Source: Azolla caroliniana
Lineage: Eukaryota; Plantae; Polypodiophyta
Direction: 5' to 3'
NCBI GenBank assembly: GCA_043228905.1
Contig: JBHGNT010000003.1
Coordinates: 1,240,001 to 1,304,000 of the forward strand
DNA: 64,000 nucleotides
Position 1 is the first letter of the stretch; each line of letters starts with the position of its first letter. Under the pieces are notes generated by a model. It ran no database searches and was not told the origin of the DNA. It was given only the letters and a program-made list of their open reading frames with translations. Positions 1 through 14,550 of the stretch are shown in pieces. The position numbers were made by a program, and so were the translations under genes.

Positions 1-138
1 ATATATATAAATGTTAAGGTCAAATATCTTTTCTGGATACTGTTACCGAATCCAAAAAATACGAACTTGTGTATTTTGATGAGAAAATAAAGTAAAGCCA
101 TAACTTGCAAGAGAGGTTCATAGAGTCTTACTTGACTG

Positions 139-618
139 TCACTGAACCGGAGGATAAGGGTTATACGCGAGACCTTCCAGAATAAGTAGCTCATCCAGAA
201 GTAAACTCTTCTCACCTTCTAGTTGTTTTACTTCATTATCAGTCATCTCCAGCTCTTCAGCAAGCCTAATGCTTTCTAACTCTAAATTCGTAAATTTCCT
301 TTTTAAAACCCTATACATATTGCGACTATCTTTGTCAGTCATATTCGTCGAATCTATTATTGATCTAACAACAGGTTTCTTCGATGATGTTGCTAGCATC
401 GATTTATCATAATTATCTGTCACATACTGCACTTTGTCTGTTTCCGGTACGTTTTTCTTCTTTGGCCTTTTGGATGTCTTAACTGAATCAGATTTTCTTG
501 TATTGCTGTCAAAAAACTGTGAAGGGGCCTTCGGCTGAAGAAGACCAACCTGTTTTCTTGGTGGCTTTGCCTTAGGTCTCTGGAAGGAATGCTCAGAAAA
601 CCCAAAAGGATCCTGCAT
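139..618 (-). CDS. Small protein with C-terminal coiled coil resembling the INO80E/TBRG1-type coil of a conserved plant uncharacterised family; coding exon preceded by an intron
   Basis: 159-aa ORF ending YRVLKRKFTNLELESIRLAEELEMTDNEVKQLEGEKSLLLDELLILEGL; minus-strand acceptor cttacAG (650-651) lies 31 nt upstream of the ATG and the frame is open to it. Confidence 0.7.
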   Translation of the reverse strand: MQDPFGFSEHSFQRPKAKPPRKQVGLLQPKAPSQFFDSNTRKSDSVKTSKRPKKKNVPETDKVQYVTDNYDKSMLATSSKKPVVRSIIDSTNMTDKDSRNMYRVLKRKFTNLELESIRLAEELEMTDNEVKQLEGEKSLLLDELLILEGLAYNPYPPVQ

Positions 619-1611
619 TTGCCTATTGATCCTCAGATCTAAGCGAAATCTGTAAGATGCAACACAAGTTGATAAGAGTTAACACTTAACGTCTGATTTT
701 ACAAATTGAGAATGATGGGTAAATACCAATCTAATACCTATTCTATTAAATTTTTAACATTGCATAATGTCTTAAGGTGGTGTGAACACTCTTAACCATG
801 TTAAGAACAAGCACATAAAAAGCAATGTCCAAGTTCATATCATGAACTCAATAATGGAGGCAGAATGAAATTGAAAGCATGCTAATGTGGCTAACACGTT
901 AAACACCAGTGAATTAACATTAAACCTGCAAAGACTTTAGGTGGAAGGCACAATTGGTAAGTAGAGGAATTTAAAAGATTTCTGTTTCATCATATTAAAC
1001 ACCATCTTCTACAATAGAAATAAGGTTGATAGGTCATTAGGGAGCATACCCACTTTTTTTATATGTAAATACAGACTGCAATCAGCTTGCCATCACATGG
1101 ATGAAAACATCATCAGCATGCATGTCCTCTTAAATGAAAGTAAATTATAGACAAAAATAATCCACTGTTACAAATCAAGCCATTCAGTTGTGTAGAACAT
1201 CAGGTTATGAACAGCAAGATACAGTCATGGGGCATATTCATCGCCACCTAAAGCAGTATCAATGTGGTACAGTCAGCTCATTACCACTTGATCAGAAAGC
1301 TGAAGAATAATAAACAACATGTCTTGCATGTCTATCAATCAAGAGATTTTGGCCTTAAATTCTCTTTCACTACATGATCGAAAACCTTAAGACTAAACCA
1401 TATCTTGCATGTGTATCGGGATGATAGGAAAAAGAAACTTTGAGTGTTCAGGCCGACAATTAAAGTACAATTGTGGTGAATACCTAGAGGAGTGATGAGA
1501 GGAGCACCTCATTGTCAAATGTGGAGCAATTCCAGCAGTATAAGATAACATAGTCAGCTTTTGGTGTTTAGTGATAACATTCCAGTAGATTGTTAACGAA
1601 TATAAAGTTGT

Positions 1612-1614
1612 AGA

Positions 1615-1651
<37 letters not shown>
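1612..1651. repeat. (GA)n microsatellite; others at 3406-3466 (CT then CA), 4680-4763 (CT), 13078-13112 (AT), 13494-13530 (CA), 34728-34780 (GA)
   Basis: Directly visible dinucleotide runs. Confidence 0.95.
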
Positions 1652-1653
<2 letters not shown>

Positions 1654-2079
1654 AGAGTTGTAATTCATGAACTATGACAAACAGCTGCTGAACCTTGACT
1701 ACATTTGATAGGCATTGAGCATTACCTACCCTTGATCAGCAGCAAGTTCTTGGTAGTTTCAGCTGGCAAGGCAGATCATTGAGGAGCTAACATAAGCCTT
1801 TCAAAACTCTAATATATTGTCAGTTATATATATAAGGCAAAACTTATGGGCGAGAAACTTCAAGTAGAGGAGACAATGGAATAGAACTCAAAATTTACAT
1901 GCCTCATCTAATAGAGATGGAACTATTGTGGTTAAGAGGCTAATACAAATGACGGATATGGTGGCCAACCAAGTTACATGATTGCAACTCCTCTTCATCC
2001 AACATACCTGACCTTTCCAGCAAGTAAAATTGCCAAAGCAACCATCCTTTCAACATTCAAATGTGCGTATAGATTTCAG

Positions 2080-3400
2080 ATTGTCCATCAAACAATAAAC
2101 TCATTTCTCATACAACAATTACGCCATCACCCAAAACCTCAAATAATCAAACAAAAACTGAACCCACTTGTGCAAGAACCCATGGGTAAGGTCATTTAGA
2201 AACACACCAGTCAAAGAAAACCACACCGTGTATATAAACTTCCAATATATCTCGCTATCAGACACAATAAGAGTCAATGCCAAGTTCCAACTACAGGATA
2301 ACACAATGGTGAAAAAGAAACACGTCCCATCAGCAATGTTTCTCCTTCTCAAAGAATCTCCAGTGGGTAAACCACCACCCATGACCCGCCATATACCTTT
2401 GCTTTAAAAGGAAGGTGGGATGTCACACTCTTTCGATCACGTCTTGTCACCATATATCAGGCCTTTGAAAATCCCATACTTTTTGACACTCTATTCATCA
2501 TCCATGCATGCTGCTAAATGATATTATGAAAGACATCATTAGTCCTTATATTAACCATCCTCTTATCTCTTGCAAATGCCCAATTGTCTTCAAATGAAGA
2601 GTCTACAAAGCTTGGAATTGGGCATTGTAAGACCAGCACTTGTGGTAGCTTATCCCAAACATTCTATAACTTCTAGAAATTTTTAACCTCATCCTTGCAT
2701 TCTGGAAAGCCATCAATGTTGCTCTGTAACTACACCTAACTTAACCATCCTGCCTAACTTTAAACTCAGAGAATTCTTACCCTCCTCCCATGCCAACAAT
2801 ATTAATGTTGCCACCACATCTTTTAGCAAAGAATTGGCACCTTCCCTCTCTAAAGGATCCCATTTAAAGGACTTCAAAATACTTCGACAAAATCATAGAT
2901 CTTGTACCTTAACTTGTCTATCAGAATTACTACATTCCACCAAGACATGAAAATTTTCCTTGATGATTTCCCTAACTCGAAGCTGACTTTCTCAATAAAG
3001 AACTTTACCATTTCTGTCCAAGGATGACCATTGCCAAGCAAGGCTATCAAGAAAGAATGTCTCTGCACCACCATATGCTCATGCAAATACAATAAATATA
3101 TGACCAAGCTAGCCAAGGTATTCCCAAACTTTATCCTTCATTTCCATAACATGAACTGCATCCCCATTGAGATTTTATCAGTAGCCTTTTTTTACCATGA
3201 CAACAAATGTAAATAATAAGAAACCATCAAAAACATTATTGATTGAATTACTTTCAATTTGACATGAAAAGGTCAAACTTGTGACTTCCAATACATAAAC
3301 TTAGCCTCAATCTTAGAACAGATTGAATCTAGAACTTTCTTATTAGTGACATCAATCTCTATCAGATAACCATAACTCTGTCTACAATCACCCTGACCAT
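2080..3400 (-). mobile_element. Degenerate L1-like LINE ORF2 3' remnant, probably intronic
   Basis: Minus-strand peptide WRVMGGGLPTGDSLRRRNIADGTCFF resembles the zf-RVT region of plant L1 ORF2; many stops; ends not defined. Confidence 0.45.
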
Positions 3401-3401
3401 C

Positions 3402-3459
<58 letters not shown>

Positions 3460-4646
3460 TACACACACTTCTTTTGCTAAGATAACTCACACCATTGCTC
3501 TCTTGTTCTTCGCTATTGTTTTCTCTGGATAAATCAGTGTACACATATCTTCTTGACAGCTTGTGTATATCTTCTTGAATCATCGTATAATATACAACCG
3601 TGATGAATATCTTCTGATTTAAAAGATGGCATGTGTAACGTGAGACTTCTATATTTATTTTTAATTCATGTGTAAAAGGTTAGGTGTTCTCAAGGTTTTT
3701 CACAAAATTTGACCTCAAATTGCAAATGCATTGCAGACACGTTTTCGACATAGTGAGTATATGCATGATGCATGAAAAGTGACCTTAACTTTACAATGCA
3801 TAACTAATGGCCAAGCACTTGATATTCTCCAAATGCCTCCCAAAAAGAGGTTGTGCACTGTAAGACATACATATAGATTGACGAGAATGTCTCTCCCACC
3901 ATTGCTAGAAGAGAATTATCTCCCAGAATGGAGAATTTAACAGTTTTTTATGTAAAATATATACAGATTCCAGGGAGTGAGCTCAACGCTTCGTCTAATT
4001 ACATCACAACAAAGTCAGGTCATAGCAATTGATCTGAAAAATATGCAGATTACCAAGAAAAACTTCAAGATTGGATATACGGATTATTAACCGTCTGGTA
4101 CATAATCACCAGAAGAAAAGAACACTAATGTAACAACATCTTTAGCAGATTCTCCTGTACAATCTACAGATTCCATGAAAAACACCTAAACTTTATCCCA
4201 ACACCTCATAATAAAGGCCAATTAAGTTTTAACATATACAGACTCAAGACAAAAAATTCAATATTTTACACGAATAATTTGCAGGGATGGTAGTTCTTGG
4301 CAGATTTTCATATAATATTTACAGCCCTCCTGGGGAATAAATCAGCATTTTATATAATATTACTTCACAACAAATCCCTTGGTGGATTGATCTGTAACAC
4401 GTGCAGATTCCATGGAAACCTAACACGTTTACTGTAAATACCTTACAAGGAAGGTAGGTCTCAGTAGATTGATCTGCAAAATATAGTTTCCCTAGGAGAA
4501 ACTTCATGGTTTCATTGAAATACCTCAAAAAAATGTCCTTTAATCATCATACATACAGACTAAGAAGAAGTTCTGACGCAGATCCCCGTCTAACAGAAGA
4601 AAATTAAACTCTTATCAAAAGAAATCGTTTTATCCAAATATCTCAC

Positions 4647-4679
4647 CGAAAGTCCGCCGTCACCAGAAGGGAAATCAAC

Positions 4680-4767
<88 letters not shown>

Positions 4768-4970
4768 AAACGTAGATCGATAAGTACCAGAAACGAGCCA
4801 GTCGAGATCAGGGGTGGAAGGAAAGAAGGAAGGAGAAGCATCGCTCAGCGAACAGGAGGCATCTTTTCGCAAGGCTCGATTCCGAACGTTTCTCGCAAGA
4901 GCTCCTCCACAGACAGACGTCGCGGAGGTGAAGAAAGCAAAGATCGAACAGAAGAAGAAGAAGTTGCTAG
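4647..4970 (-). other. Putative first (5'UTR) exon of the 139-618 gene
   Basis: GC-richer island with GA/CT tract; candidate minus-strand donors G|GTACTT (4788/4787) and G|GTGAGA (4647/4646); inference only. Confidence 0.35.
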
Positions 4971-4984
4971 CCCATGAAGAGATG

Positions 4985-5210
4985 GGCGATGGTTATGGTT
5001 ATGGTCATGATGGGTCATGGTCATGGTCAGGATAGGTCATGGTCATGGTGAGAATGGGTCGTAGTCATGGTCATATTGATGATAGGCCATGGTCATGGCC
5101 AAGGTCATTATGGGCCATGGTCGGGATGGGACATGGTTATGGCCAAGGTCACTATGGGCCATGGCCGAGATGGGCCATAGTCATGACTCATGATCATGGA
5201 TGGGTGATTA
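4985..5210. repeat. Degenerate (ATGGTC/ATGGCC)n hexamer satellite
   Basis: Repeated catggt/catggc/ggtcat units; explains the spurious GH/MV-rich ORFs. Confidence 0.8.
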
Positions 5211-5520
5211 TGATGAATGTTTCATGGTGGTGTCAATTTCATGATGATGACGATGATCAAATGGTTAGAAAGTATCTGAATGTGTATTTTTATCACTATC
5301 AATGTGGCACATGTTTTTTGTGGTTGTATCAATATTTGTTCGCATGTGTATGTGTATCTCTTCTTGTGGTTGTATGAGAGTATGTTGTAGGTCTCATTAA
5401 TATATATTTAGTTGTATCTTATCATGTTTTTGTTTATTGCGCCTATAGTACATTCTTGCTAGATTTGGAATGGCATTTGTGTGTGATTTCTTTTCATTTT
5501 GTTGCAAATGGGTGTCGATG

Positions 5521-6605
5521 TAGGATCTGTGCACCTCATGAAGAACACTTCTATGAATCGATGAAGTGTAACCTTCTCTAGATGTCGTTTGCTGAGCTCA
5601 AACCGCGTACACTCTTTTGATGGCGAATTGGGCAAGGGTGGTTGTCAAACACCCTTGAGCCTCACACTCACTTAACAATTATGAAATGATTAGAACAATA
5701 TCTTTCACACTCACTCTCATAGGTAATAGAAGCAAAGAATATGTTTATCACCCCTCTTACCAAGAAGCTAGTACCAACAAAGAAGAGAGGTTAGTGTTTC
5801 TCTATTAAACAATACCATTAATCTCTCTTAAGCTTAAGGGTTACAAGAAAGAGGAAAGAAAGCTTTAGCTCTTAATCACTAGGGAGATCTTTACCAATAG
5901 GAGAACCCTTACAAAGACATGTGGTTTATATAGGTTTTACATTGTGGGCAATTCGCAATACGTCATATCATAGCCTACTTCATTGGCTTCGATTCAAGTA
6001 TTTGAACTCGGAAATCCGATATCATATGAGGATGCTATGAGCTTTTTGGTTCATGTGGGTGCTCTTGTTTGTCCTTGCTTGACTTCTACCACAACTTTAC
6101 ATTTTCATTCATGTCTCTTGGCCTGTATTTCAAACTTTAGATTTTCTTAGCCTACTTTGTTGGCTTTAATTCAAGTATTTGAACTCGGAAATCCGATATC
6201 ATATGAGGACGCTATGAGCTTTTTGGTTGTGGGTGCTCTTGTTTGCCCCTGCTTGACTTCTACCACAACTTTACATTTTCATTCATGTCTCTTGACCTGT
6301 ATTTCAAAATTTAGATTTTATTAGCTCATATCATAGCCTCCTTTGTTGGCTTCGATACAAGTATTTGAACTCAGAACCCTTACAAAGACATGTGATATCA
6401 CATTTGGCCATTGCGAATTGCCCTTTTCTCTATTGGTTGTTACAACTCCCTTCCTTGTGTCCTTCAGTTGTACGATATCCTTGTTGATGTGGCCTTCTTC
6501 ACGACCAAAGTATGATGTAATCCAATCACTTAATAGTGTTCTCCTTCGTTAATGCACACTAAAGTGTCAGCGCGTGCTATTTCGGGAGCGGGTGAGCAGA
6601 TCACA
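5521..6605 (-). mobile_element. Probable old solo LTR
   Basis: Imperfect termini TAGGATCTG...CAGATCACA; flanks CGATG/CCATG (5-bp TSD with one mismatch); minus-strand TATA (cctatataaacc, about 5923-5934). Confidence 0.4.
5965..6375. repeat. About 180-bp tandem duplication (2 copies plus a partial third)
   Basis: agcctact..ttggcttYRatWcaagtatttgaactc recurs at about 5972, 6149 and 6335. Confidence 0.85.
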
Positions 6606-7377
6606 CCATGTGAAGGTAGAAGCATGGTACATTGTATCATGTTGTATTGTGTTGTAATTTTGCGAGAGCTTGGACTTATGGGAGAGCTTGTTTTCCCATA
6701 GTTGTAAACACATGCTCATTTGGGAGTATAAGGGGCTTAATAGAACACATGATATACAAGGCCATGAGGTGGAACAACCACCTCAACTAAAATAATCCCA
6801 TCATCCATCATGTGGAGATTCATTTCAAAACATCTTGTAGCGGTACTAAGAATCGAATAATTATGTAACTAGTTTCAATCATGGTATATGCATTGATCAT
6901 CATGTAGAGGTGGAGCGAACATATATATTCAAGGCACTATAGTATATAATATACACATTAAGAGACATATGCTAAAGATATGTGGAGATATTAGAAGCAT
7001 TATATATTAAAGGTATATAGAGAAATTAGAAGCACTTTAAAAAGAGATGCTTATTAAAGACGTGGAGATATCATAAGAACTATTTGATTGGATGTGTAAA
7101 TATACTATAGAGTCTAGACATGCACATTTTTACAAACCCTTGTCATAGAGTTCTTGATCATTGCGTCGAACCACCCAGGTTATGAATTAAGAGATTTTGT
7201 AAACCAAAGGGAGAGAGATGAGCACAACTAAAGATGTAGATAATGTAAGATTAAAGAAGCAGTAAAAACATGTTTTTTTCCAAGAAAAAATTGTGTCCCA
7301 TTAGTTAGGTGAATTACATATACAAATAAAGCTATGTACACTGAGCACTCTAAGAATCTACAAATATACTTTCATAT

Positions 7378-7618
7378 TGTGGGGTCACATGGTAAAACCA
7401 CAGGCTAAAACCCCTCACCTAACCCAAGTGGCTATAACTAGGGTTAGGGGAGTTAGACCTTGAGTTAGTTAGTTATGCTATAGTTAGTAAAAGGTTAGTT
7501 AGAGGAAAGTAACTAGAAGTGTGCCAAGATAACCGAATGGATCTTGGAATGTATTACCAAGTTGTATAAAAGCATTCAGATGGATGGAAATGAGGATAGA
7601 GTTTTGAGGCATTTTACA
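7378..7618 (+). repeat. 5' LTR of Gypsy A (241 bp)
   Basis: Near-identical to 27883-28124. Confidence 0.95.
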
Positions 7619-7789
7619 CACATTGGTGGAGAAGATGGGCAACAATCAACACACCAAATCAAGAAAAAACTGAAGCAAAAACAAGACGCTACTCCAACAG
7701 ATTAGACACCACCACATCAAGAAGAAGAAGCCGCAACACTACCCCAACACAACAAGACACAACAACAACAAGTCGAAACCAACATACAT

Positions 7790-8757
7790 ATGGCATCTCC
7801 AATACAGAACAACGGTGCAACAGAATGCACCGACATGATTCCTGAATTTCTGCAACAGCACCAAGAAAATTGTCAAACTTTTCAAATAGATCAACTAATA
7901 CAAGCGGTATCTAACATCACAATACAATCAAATTTGACTAATCAAGCCATGCTATCTTTTTTCTCTTCGCAGACAGATAGGCACGCTAATTGCCCAGATC
8001 CACGAGTACGACCTAAATCCTTCTCAGGTCTACCGTCTAAGGACATCCTTTCTTGGCTCGATCATTTTGAGATGGTGGCAAGCTATCATCAGTGGCCCGA
8101 AGCACGGAAAGCACTAGAGATGCGAACCTTATTGGAGGGCATTGCGGCCACATGGTTCATACAGCAAACAGAGGAGTCCAAGAACAATTGGTCGATGCTT
8201 AAATCCCTCATGATCAGGATTTTCGCTCACCATGACTCAACTCAGACAGCTCTACAACAACTAGAGACTATCAAACAACAACAACATGAGCCAGTGACAC
8301 AATTCACAATCCAATTACAACAATTACTTACTCGCGCAAATCCAACAATGCCAGAATCGATGAAGCTATTCTTCTTATGGCCACGGCTACACCCATAAAT
8401 ATATCGTCGAGTGCGCGACCAAGGCCCCAAAACATTTCAAGAAGCCATCCTCATTGCGCAACGCATTGAAGCAGCAACGCAAACAAAACTCCAAATGAGT
8501 TGGTCATCCAATGTCAATTCCGAGAAGCAATACAACAACAATGCCACGCCGATGGAAATCGATATCCAGAATGCTCAACTACAAGCAAGAAGGAACCTGC
8601 CAACACGTGATGCACAAGGACAACCTAAGTGTTTTTTTTGCAACAACTATGGGCACGTGAAGAAACACTGTTTGAAATGGAACAACCAAACACAGAAGCA
8701 GAATGTGCAAGTATAGTTGGCTGACAACAGTTACCGGCCGACCTGTCGGAAAACTGA
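7790..8757 (+). pseudogene. Gypsy A gag (interrupted)
   Basis: RPKSFSG..WLDHFEMVASYHQW capsid-like region; CCHC knuckle CFFCNNYGHVKKHC; premature stops at 8396 and 8714; GGAAAAC-TGA at 8748-8757. Confidence 0.85.
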
Positions 8758-9491
8758 GTCGTGGGGTGTTGAAGGGAGCACAACCCCCGCACATACAAGC
8801 ATCCACATCCTCAAGTTCTCCCGTGTGCACGACCATGGCCACAATTCTCAATAGCCCGTAGGAAGTTCTCTTCGATTCCGGTAGTAGCATATCTTCCATC
8901 AACCAAGATTTGGTTGATCGCCTCAATCTTTCAACCTCCAAAAGCCCCCCAATCAAGGTGTTGTTCGGCGATCACCAACGCCTATATAAGTCCAACACCA
9001 CAACCGCCTGCACACTCAAGCTAGGTGTTGAGCCTGAGCCAGTAAGCGAGACGGATCGGTATGACGGTGAGCAACCGAGCCGGCAAACAACAGAGCCGGT
9101 TAGCCGGATCCAATCGGTAACCGACAACCTAGTGTTAAGTTTAGACTACTAGGCAATTATAGTCTCGTAGTAAGTGTCAGATGCTCGTGTGAGCATTGAA
9201 GTACACGGTACTTCTGTCAGTCCCATGAGGACTTGTATAAATAGCGTTGGTAAGCGCATTGTATGTACAGAGAACATTTCATATAATTTTGAATTAACGT
9301 TCTACTCTCTCTGTCTGTCTCTCCCACGTACTCTCTCTCTCACTCTGTGTTTCCTGTGTTTCTATTTTAACGCTTCCGCAAACATATACGTTTTCATGGA
9401 ATCAGAGCGCGAGGGTTGAGAACCTCTGCTGCAAACATTCGCCTTGAAAAGCAAACCCTAATAGGTCGCAAGAACAGACACAGAAGCAGTT

Positions 9492-12224
9492 ATGGACAGA
9501 GGTATGGCAAGTTCACTTCCCACAGAGAAACTCGACCGGAGCAATTACGCGTCCTAGTCGTACAAAATGCATCAGTACCTACTAGGGCATGGGTATTGGA
9601 GTTTCGTGGAAGGAAGGAACGAAACAACACCTGATGCGGCACATAAGGATTTCCCAGTGTGGGAACAATCGGCAAGCAGAGTGATGTACTGCTTCGTGTC
9701 CAGTGTTAGAGACCAGTTGCTGAGCCACATCTGAGACGCCAAGACGCCGAAGGAGGCTTGGGGAAACCTGAAGAAGGTTTTCGCCGCGAGCACTACAACC
9801 CGGAAGTTGCAACTCCAACAGGAGTTGAGCAATGTCCGACAGAAGGACATGTCGGTGGCGGATTATACGGCCCGGATCAAAGAGATCTGTGACTCGCTTG
9901 CCTCTATTAACGTCACCGTAGAGGAAGATGAGATGGTATAGGTCTGTCTTGGGGGCCTGGTGTCTAAGTACAAAGCCTTTCGGACGGCGGTTTGTACAAG
10001 GGAGAATACACCGTCATTTTTCGACTTACAGTCAATGCTCCTTGTAGAGGATAACCACGTCGGTGCATCAACTAGCGCACCCACTGACAGCCGGATGCTG
10101 TACACGGAGGTGGATTGGTCCCGTGGGCGTGGTGGACGAGGCGGGTCGGCACGCAATGGAGGCGGCCGGCAAGAGCAAGAACGACGGCACAGAGATCGTG
10201 CCAATAGCAATTCCGGACCCTCCAGGAGCAGGGGGAGTCAATGCGATACCGGAGGCCGGCAAAACAAATCCGCAACGGAATGTTGGTACTGTGGCAAGAA
10301 GGGCCACAGAGAAAGCGAGTGCTGGAGAAAGCGTGCCGATTCGGACAAATCCGGATCCGGCAAGGCCGGCACGGATGGCCGGCAAAGCTCACACTACGCA
10401 AACGGATCGGGAGGATCCAAGAACGGTAAGGGGCCAGCCTTGGTGATGAAGCACAAGGCGAACTTAATGAAGAAGACCACTTCCAAATCGGAGGAAGTGT
10501 GGTACGTTGATTCCGGCGCGTCAAACCACATGACGAGCCACAAGGAGTGGTTCTCTTTGTTGGAGAAACCGGATCAACTAGGAGTAGTCAAAACTGGAGA
10601 CGACACTCCTCACCCAATCGTGCATGTCGGAGAAGTTCCTTTGAGCCACGTCGGACAGAAAGGGAAGCTGATGAACGTGTTACACGTTTCCGACAATCAC
10701 GAAGAACCTGGTGTTGATCGGACAGATCGTTGACTAGGGGATGTAGGTGCGGTTTATGCACCTTGGGTGCTTCATTGAGGATGAGGGCGAAGTTATTGCA
10801 CAAGGGCGCAAAGACGGGAGGATGTTTATCCTCGACACCAATGACGTCGGCACCACTCTATTCGCAAAAGGACAGAAGGTCGAGTCGGACATCGACTTGT
10901 GGCACAAGCGGATAGGCCACGTCAATTACCAGAGGCATCAAGACCTGCAAACGAAACAAGTTGTTTTCGGTTTGCCGAAGTTTAGCGGCCGGAGAGCCCA
11001 AGTATGTGAAGCCTGCCAACTCGGGAAGCAACACCAGCTTCCATTCCCCACCGAACGAAACCGGAGCTGTAACAAGCTCGACCTTATCCATTCGGATGTG
11101 TGGGGACCGGCACAGAATGTTAGTCTTGGCGGGAGTCGATATTTCGTCTCCTTCATCGACGACTATACACGGCACACATGGATCTACCTCATTGAGCGGA
11201 AGAGTGAAGTCTTCGAATGTTTCCGGAGCCTCCAGAAGATAGTGGAACAGGAATTGGAGAGGAAGATCAAATACCTGTGGTTGGATGGCGAAAAAGAATA
11301 TTTTTCCGGCCAATTCAACAGCTATCTACAGCAAAAAGGAATTCGGCACGAGTATAGCTGTAGATACACACCGCAACAGAACGGTGTCGCCGAAAGGAAG
11401 AACCGGTCGCTTATTGATGCGGCAAGGGCAATGCTGGAGGAGAAGAGCATGCCCAAATTCTACTGGGCGGAGGCGGTCCGGATGGCCGTCTACATCCAAA
11501 ACCGGATCGGTGACAAGGTGTCAGCTCACGAGCTGTATTTCGGGCACAAGCCAAACTTAAGACACCTTAGGATATTCGGTAGCATTGCATATGTGCATGT
11601 GCCGGATGAGAAGCGGAGGAAGCTGGATGCAAAATCGGAAAAATGCATCCTCGTCTGCTATGCTCAAGAGCAAAAGGGTTATAAGTGTTATAACCCTCGG
11701 ACAAAGCAGGTCCGAGTTAGCCGAGATGTCGAGTTCAATGAATTGGCATCATTGTATTCCTTACCGACTCTGACTTCCGATCCCGTCCCGATGCCGGAGG
11801 ATGAGGCTAGTGAGCCAGAATCGGCCCAGGTAGAGGATGATGAAGCGTGGACTCAAGATGAGAGTCCGGAATCGTTTTAGTTGAGCGGACCGAACGAGAG
11901 ACTGAGTCAATCTGACAAGTCCGATGAGGAACCAGCGAGTAGTGAAGACTCTACCGTGCTCTCCCCACGCAAGGAACCGAGGAGACGGTTCACGAGCAAA
12001 GAGAAAGGGAAAAAGAAGATGCCGGAATTCGAAACTGGCAACGATGAGTCGGATCGGTGTGCATCCGACTCTGGCAAGGAGAAAGGCGGATCTTTGGCAA
12101 CGAAGTCCGAACCGGCCAAGAAGGGCCTCAATACGGGCAACAGTGAATTACGCCGGTCCACCCGCCAGAAGGATCCTGTCAAGCAGTACGGGTACAATGA
12201 GTACATGGCGCATCACTATGCGTA
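9492..12224 (+). pseudogene. Copia B gag-PR-integrase (interrupted)
   Basis: CWYCGKKGHRESEC, WYVDSGASNH, LWHKRIGH..CEAC, HSDVWGP, FIDDYTR, PQQNGVAERKNR; stops and frameshifts. Confidence 0.93.
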
Positions 12225-13073
12225 CACTCGGGGGCTTCACTGTCAAAACTTGTATGATAGGACGTGAGTTCATCAAAAGGGGTTTAAATTAACCATTGAG
12301 ATACAATATATATATATGTAAGGGTATTAATAAATACATAAAAAATATATTTACATAAGGGTGTTATCAATTATGCTATAGAAAAAAATTACATAAGCCC
12401 ATGAAATATTAGATATTTCAATGAGATAGTAAAGAATATATTATGCAAACAATAGTCAATTTTGGAGTAGTATACATACATACATACGTACATGCACATA
12501 TACCTACATTCAAACATTACATCCATGAATATGTAGTCAATTTTGGAGTAGTATACATACATACATACATACATACATGCACATATACCTACATTCAAAC
12601 ATTACATCCATGAATATGTATATACATGCATTACACACATTTATACATGCATACTAACTAAACATCAATATATGTACAAATATATATAATTACCATATGT
12701 AAATACATACACAAATACATATATGTAAATGCATACATGCTACATACATATTTTGTATATTGCATATTACACACATATATTATTATGCACACAATTATAT
12801 ACAAATACATATATACATACCAAACACAAAAAATATACATACATAAATAAATTACATATTATATATACACACACATACACATACACATAAATACGTATAG
12901 TGACATATTATATGTATTACAAATCATACATACAAACAAGTTATATATATATATATATACGTGCACGCGCGCGCACACACACAAACACATAAATAAATTA
13001 CATACTACATATCATATAATTCATTCATATTACACAATATACAAATTTTCATACACATATATACATACATTAT

Positions 13074-13119
<46 letters not shown>

Positions 13120-13490
13120 GGTTATATGGGACCATACAAACTACAATACTTAAATATCTACATACATACACACACATCATATATATGAGTGCATATTACA
13201 ATTTACGTACATATTACACACATACATACATTACATATGTACATACATATCACTACATACACAAACACAAATACACACATTGTCATACACAATATAATAG
13301 TACATATATACATACACATACATACATATTATGCACATATTATAAACATACATCCAAACACATCGAATCATGTACGTGGACATATGCATATATGTATACA
13401 AATACATACATACATACATACATATTCCACATATCACCATATATATACATAAGTAATACGGGGTCATACAAATTACAATACTTATAAGTT

Positions 13491-13532
<42 letters not shown>

Positions 13533-13603
13533 TAGATATATGTATACTTACACATACGTTGGATATATGCATGGATATTATGTGCATATTGCAAACATAC
13601 ATC

Positions 13604-14550
13604 CATAGATTGAGATATTCGCATTCGTGGGGCCTCCCCCACGAATACCAACGAATACATATAAGAATATTTCTTCCAATATTCGTTACCTTTTTTTTCC
13701 CTTTTTCTTCCCTAATTTTTTTTTGAAAAAATGCATTCGACGAGTAGCGAATAGAGAAGAGCTCTGCAGGGAATAGCAATCAGCAATCAACAGGGAACAA
13801 CATCAAACATCGGCTCCTCGAAATTTAGGGTTCGACTGCGTCCTTTCCTCCTCTTGCGTAAGACATACACTCGGGCAAAACAGTACAAAGCAATAAGAGA
13901 TATCAATCAAACTAGGGTAAAACAAATATGATCCAAGATAGAGATCACTCAAATTAGGTTAATCAAAAGGAATCCATAAAAGATACCACTCAGCTTGGGT
14001 AGCAAAAGAAAGAAAGGAAAAACAAAAAGAAACAGAAAGAAACCCATCAAATGTAAAGAGTCAATGAGGTTCAAAGCAAAAGAGAAAGAAGAATCTCATC
14101 AAAGGTATCATTTCACATAAATATAGGTTAAGATAGGAGGAGAGAAACAGGGGGTGGGGGGTAAGTTATAAAAAATTTCCATGATTTGTTTACCTTGAGA
14201 TCACAAGAGGGGATGTCTTGGCAGGGGTGGGCAGCAACAACAATCCACAGGTTGTTGTCAAGGATGCCATGGGCAAAAGGCCAAAAGCAAAAGAAGCAGC
14301 AATGGCTATGGAAGCTTGAGGCACTCAATGGGTTCCACTAGTGGTTTTGATTTTTGAAGACCTTCCATTTTTCGATTAATTGGTGATTTTTCCTGTTTTT
14401 TTTTAAGTGAATTGAATAATTTTTATTATGTAAATTTATTTTCCATAAACGAATGGTTTTATAATATTCTTGGAGCAATTTTATATTCTCGAATACTACG
14501 AATATTGCGGATGTCGAATACCACACATATCACGCATGGGTCAATCTATG
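13604..14550. mobile_element. Non-autonomous hAT element nested in element C
   Basis: TIRs CATAGATTGA / TCAATCTATG; perfect 8-bp TSD CATACATC (13596-13603, 14551-14558); subterminal GAATA/TATTC motifs. Confidence 0.88.

Noticed and set aside
3872-3940. TATAGATTGAC.. resembling the hAT TIR at 13604
   Set aside because: No partner TIR or TSD found
4590-5377. ERERER- and GH-rich ORFs
   Set aside because: Derived from the CT microsatellite and the ATGGTC satellite
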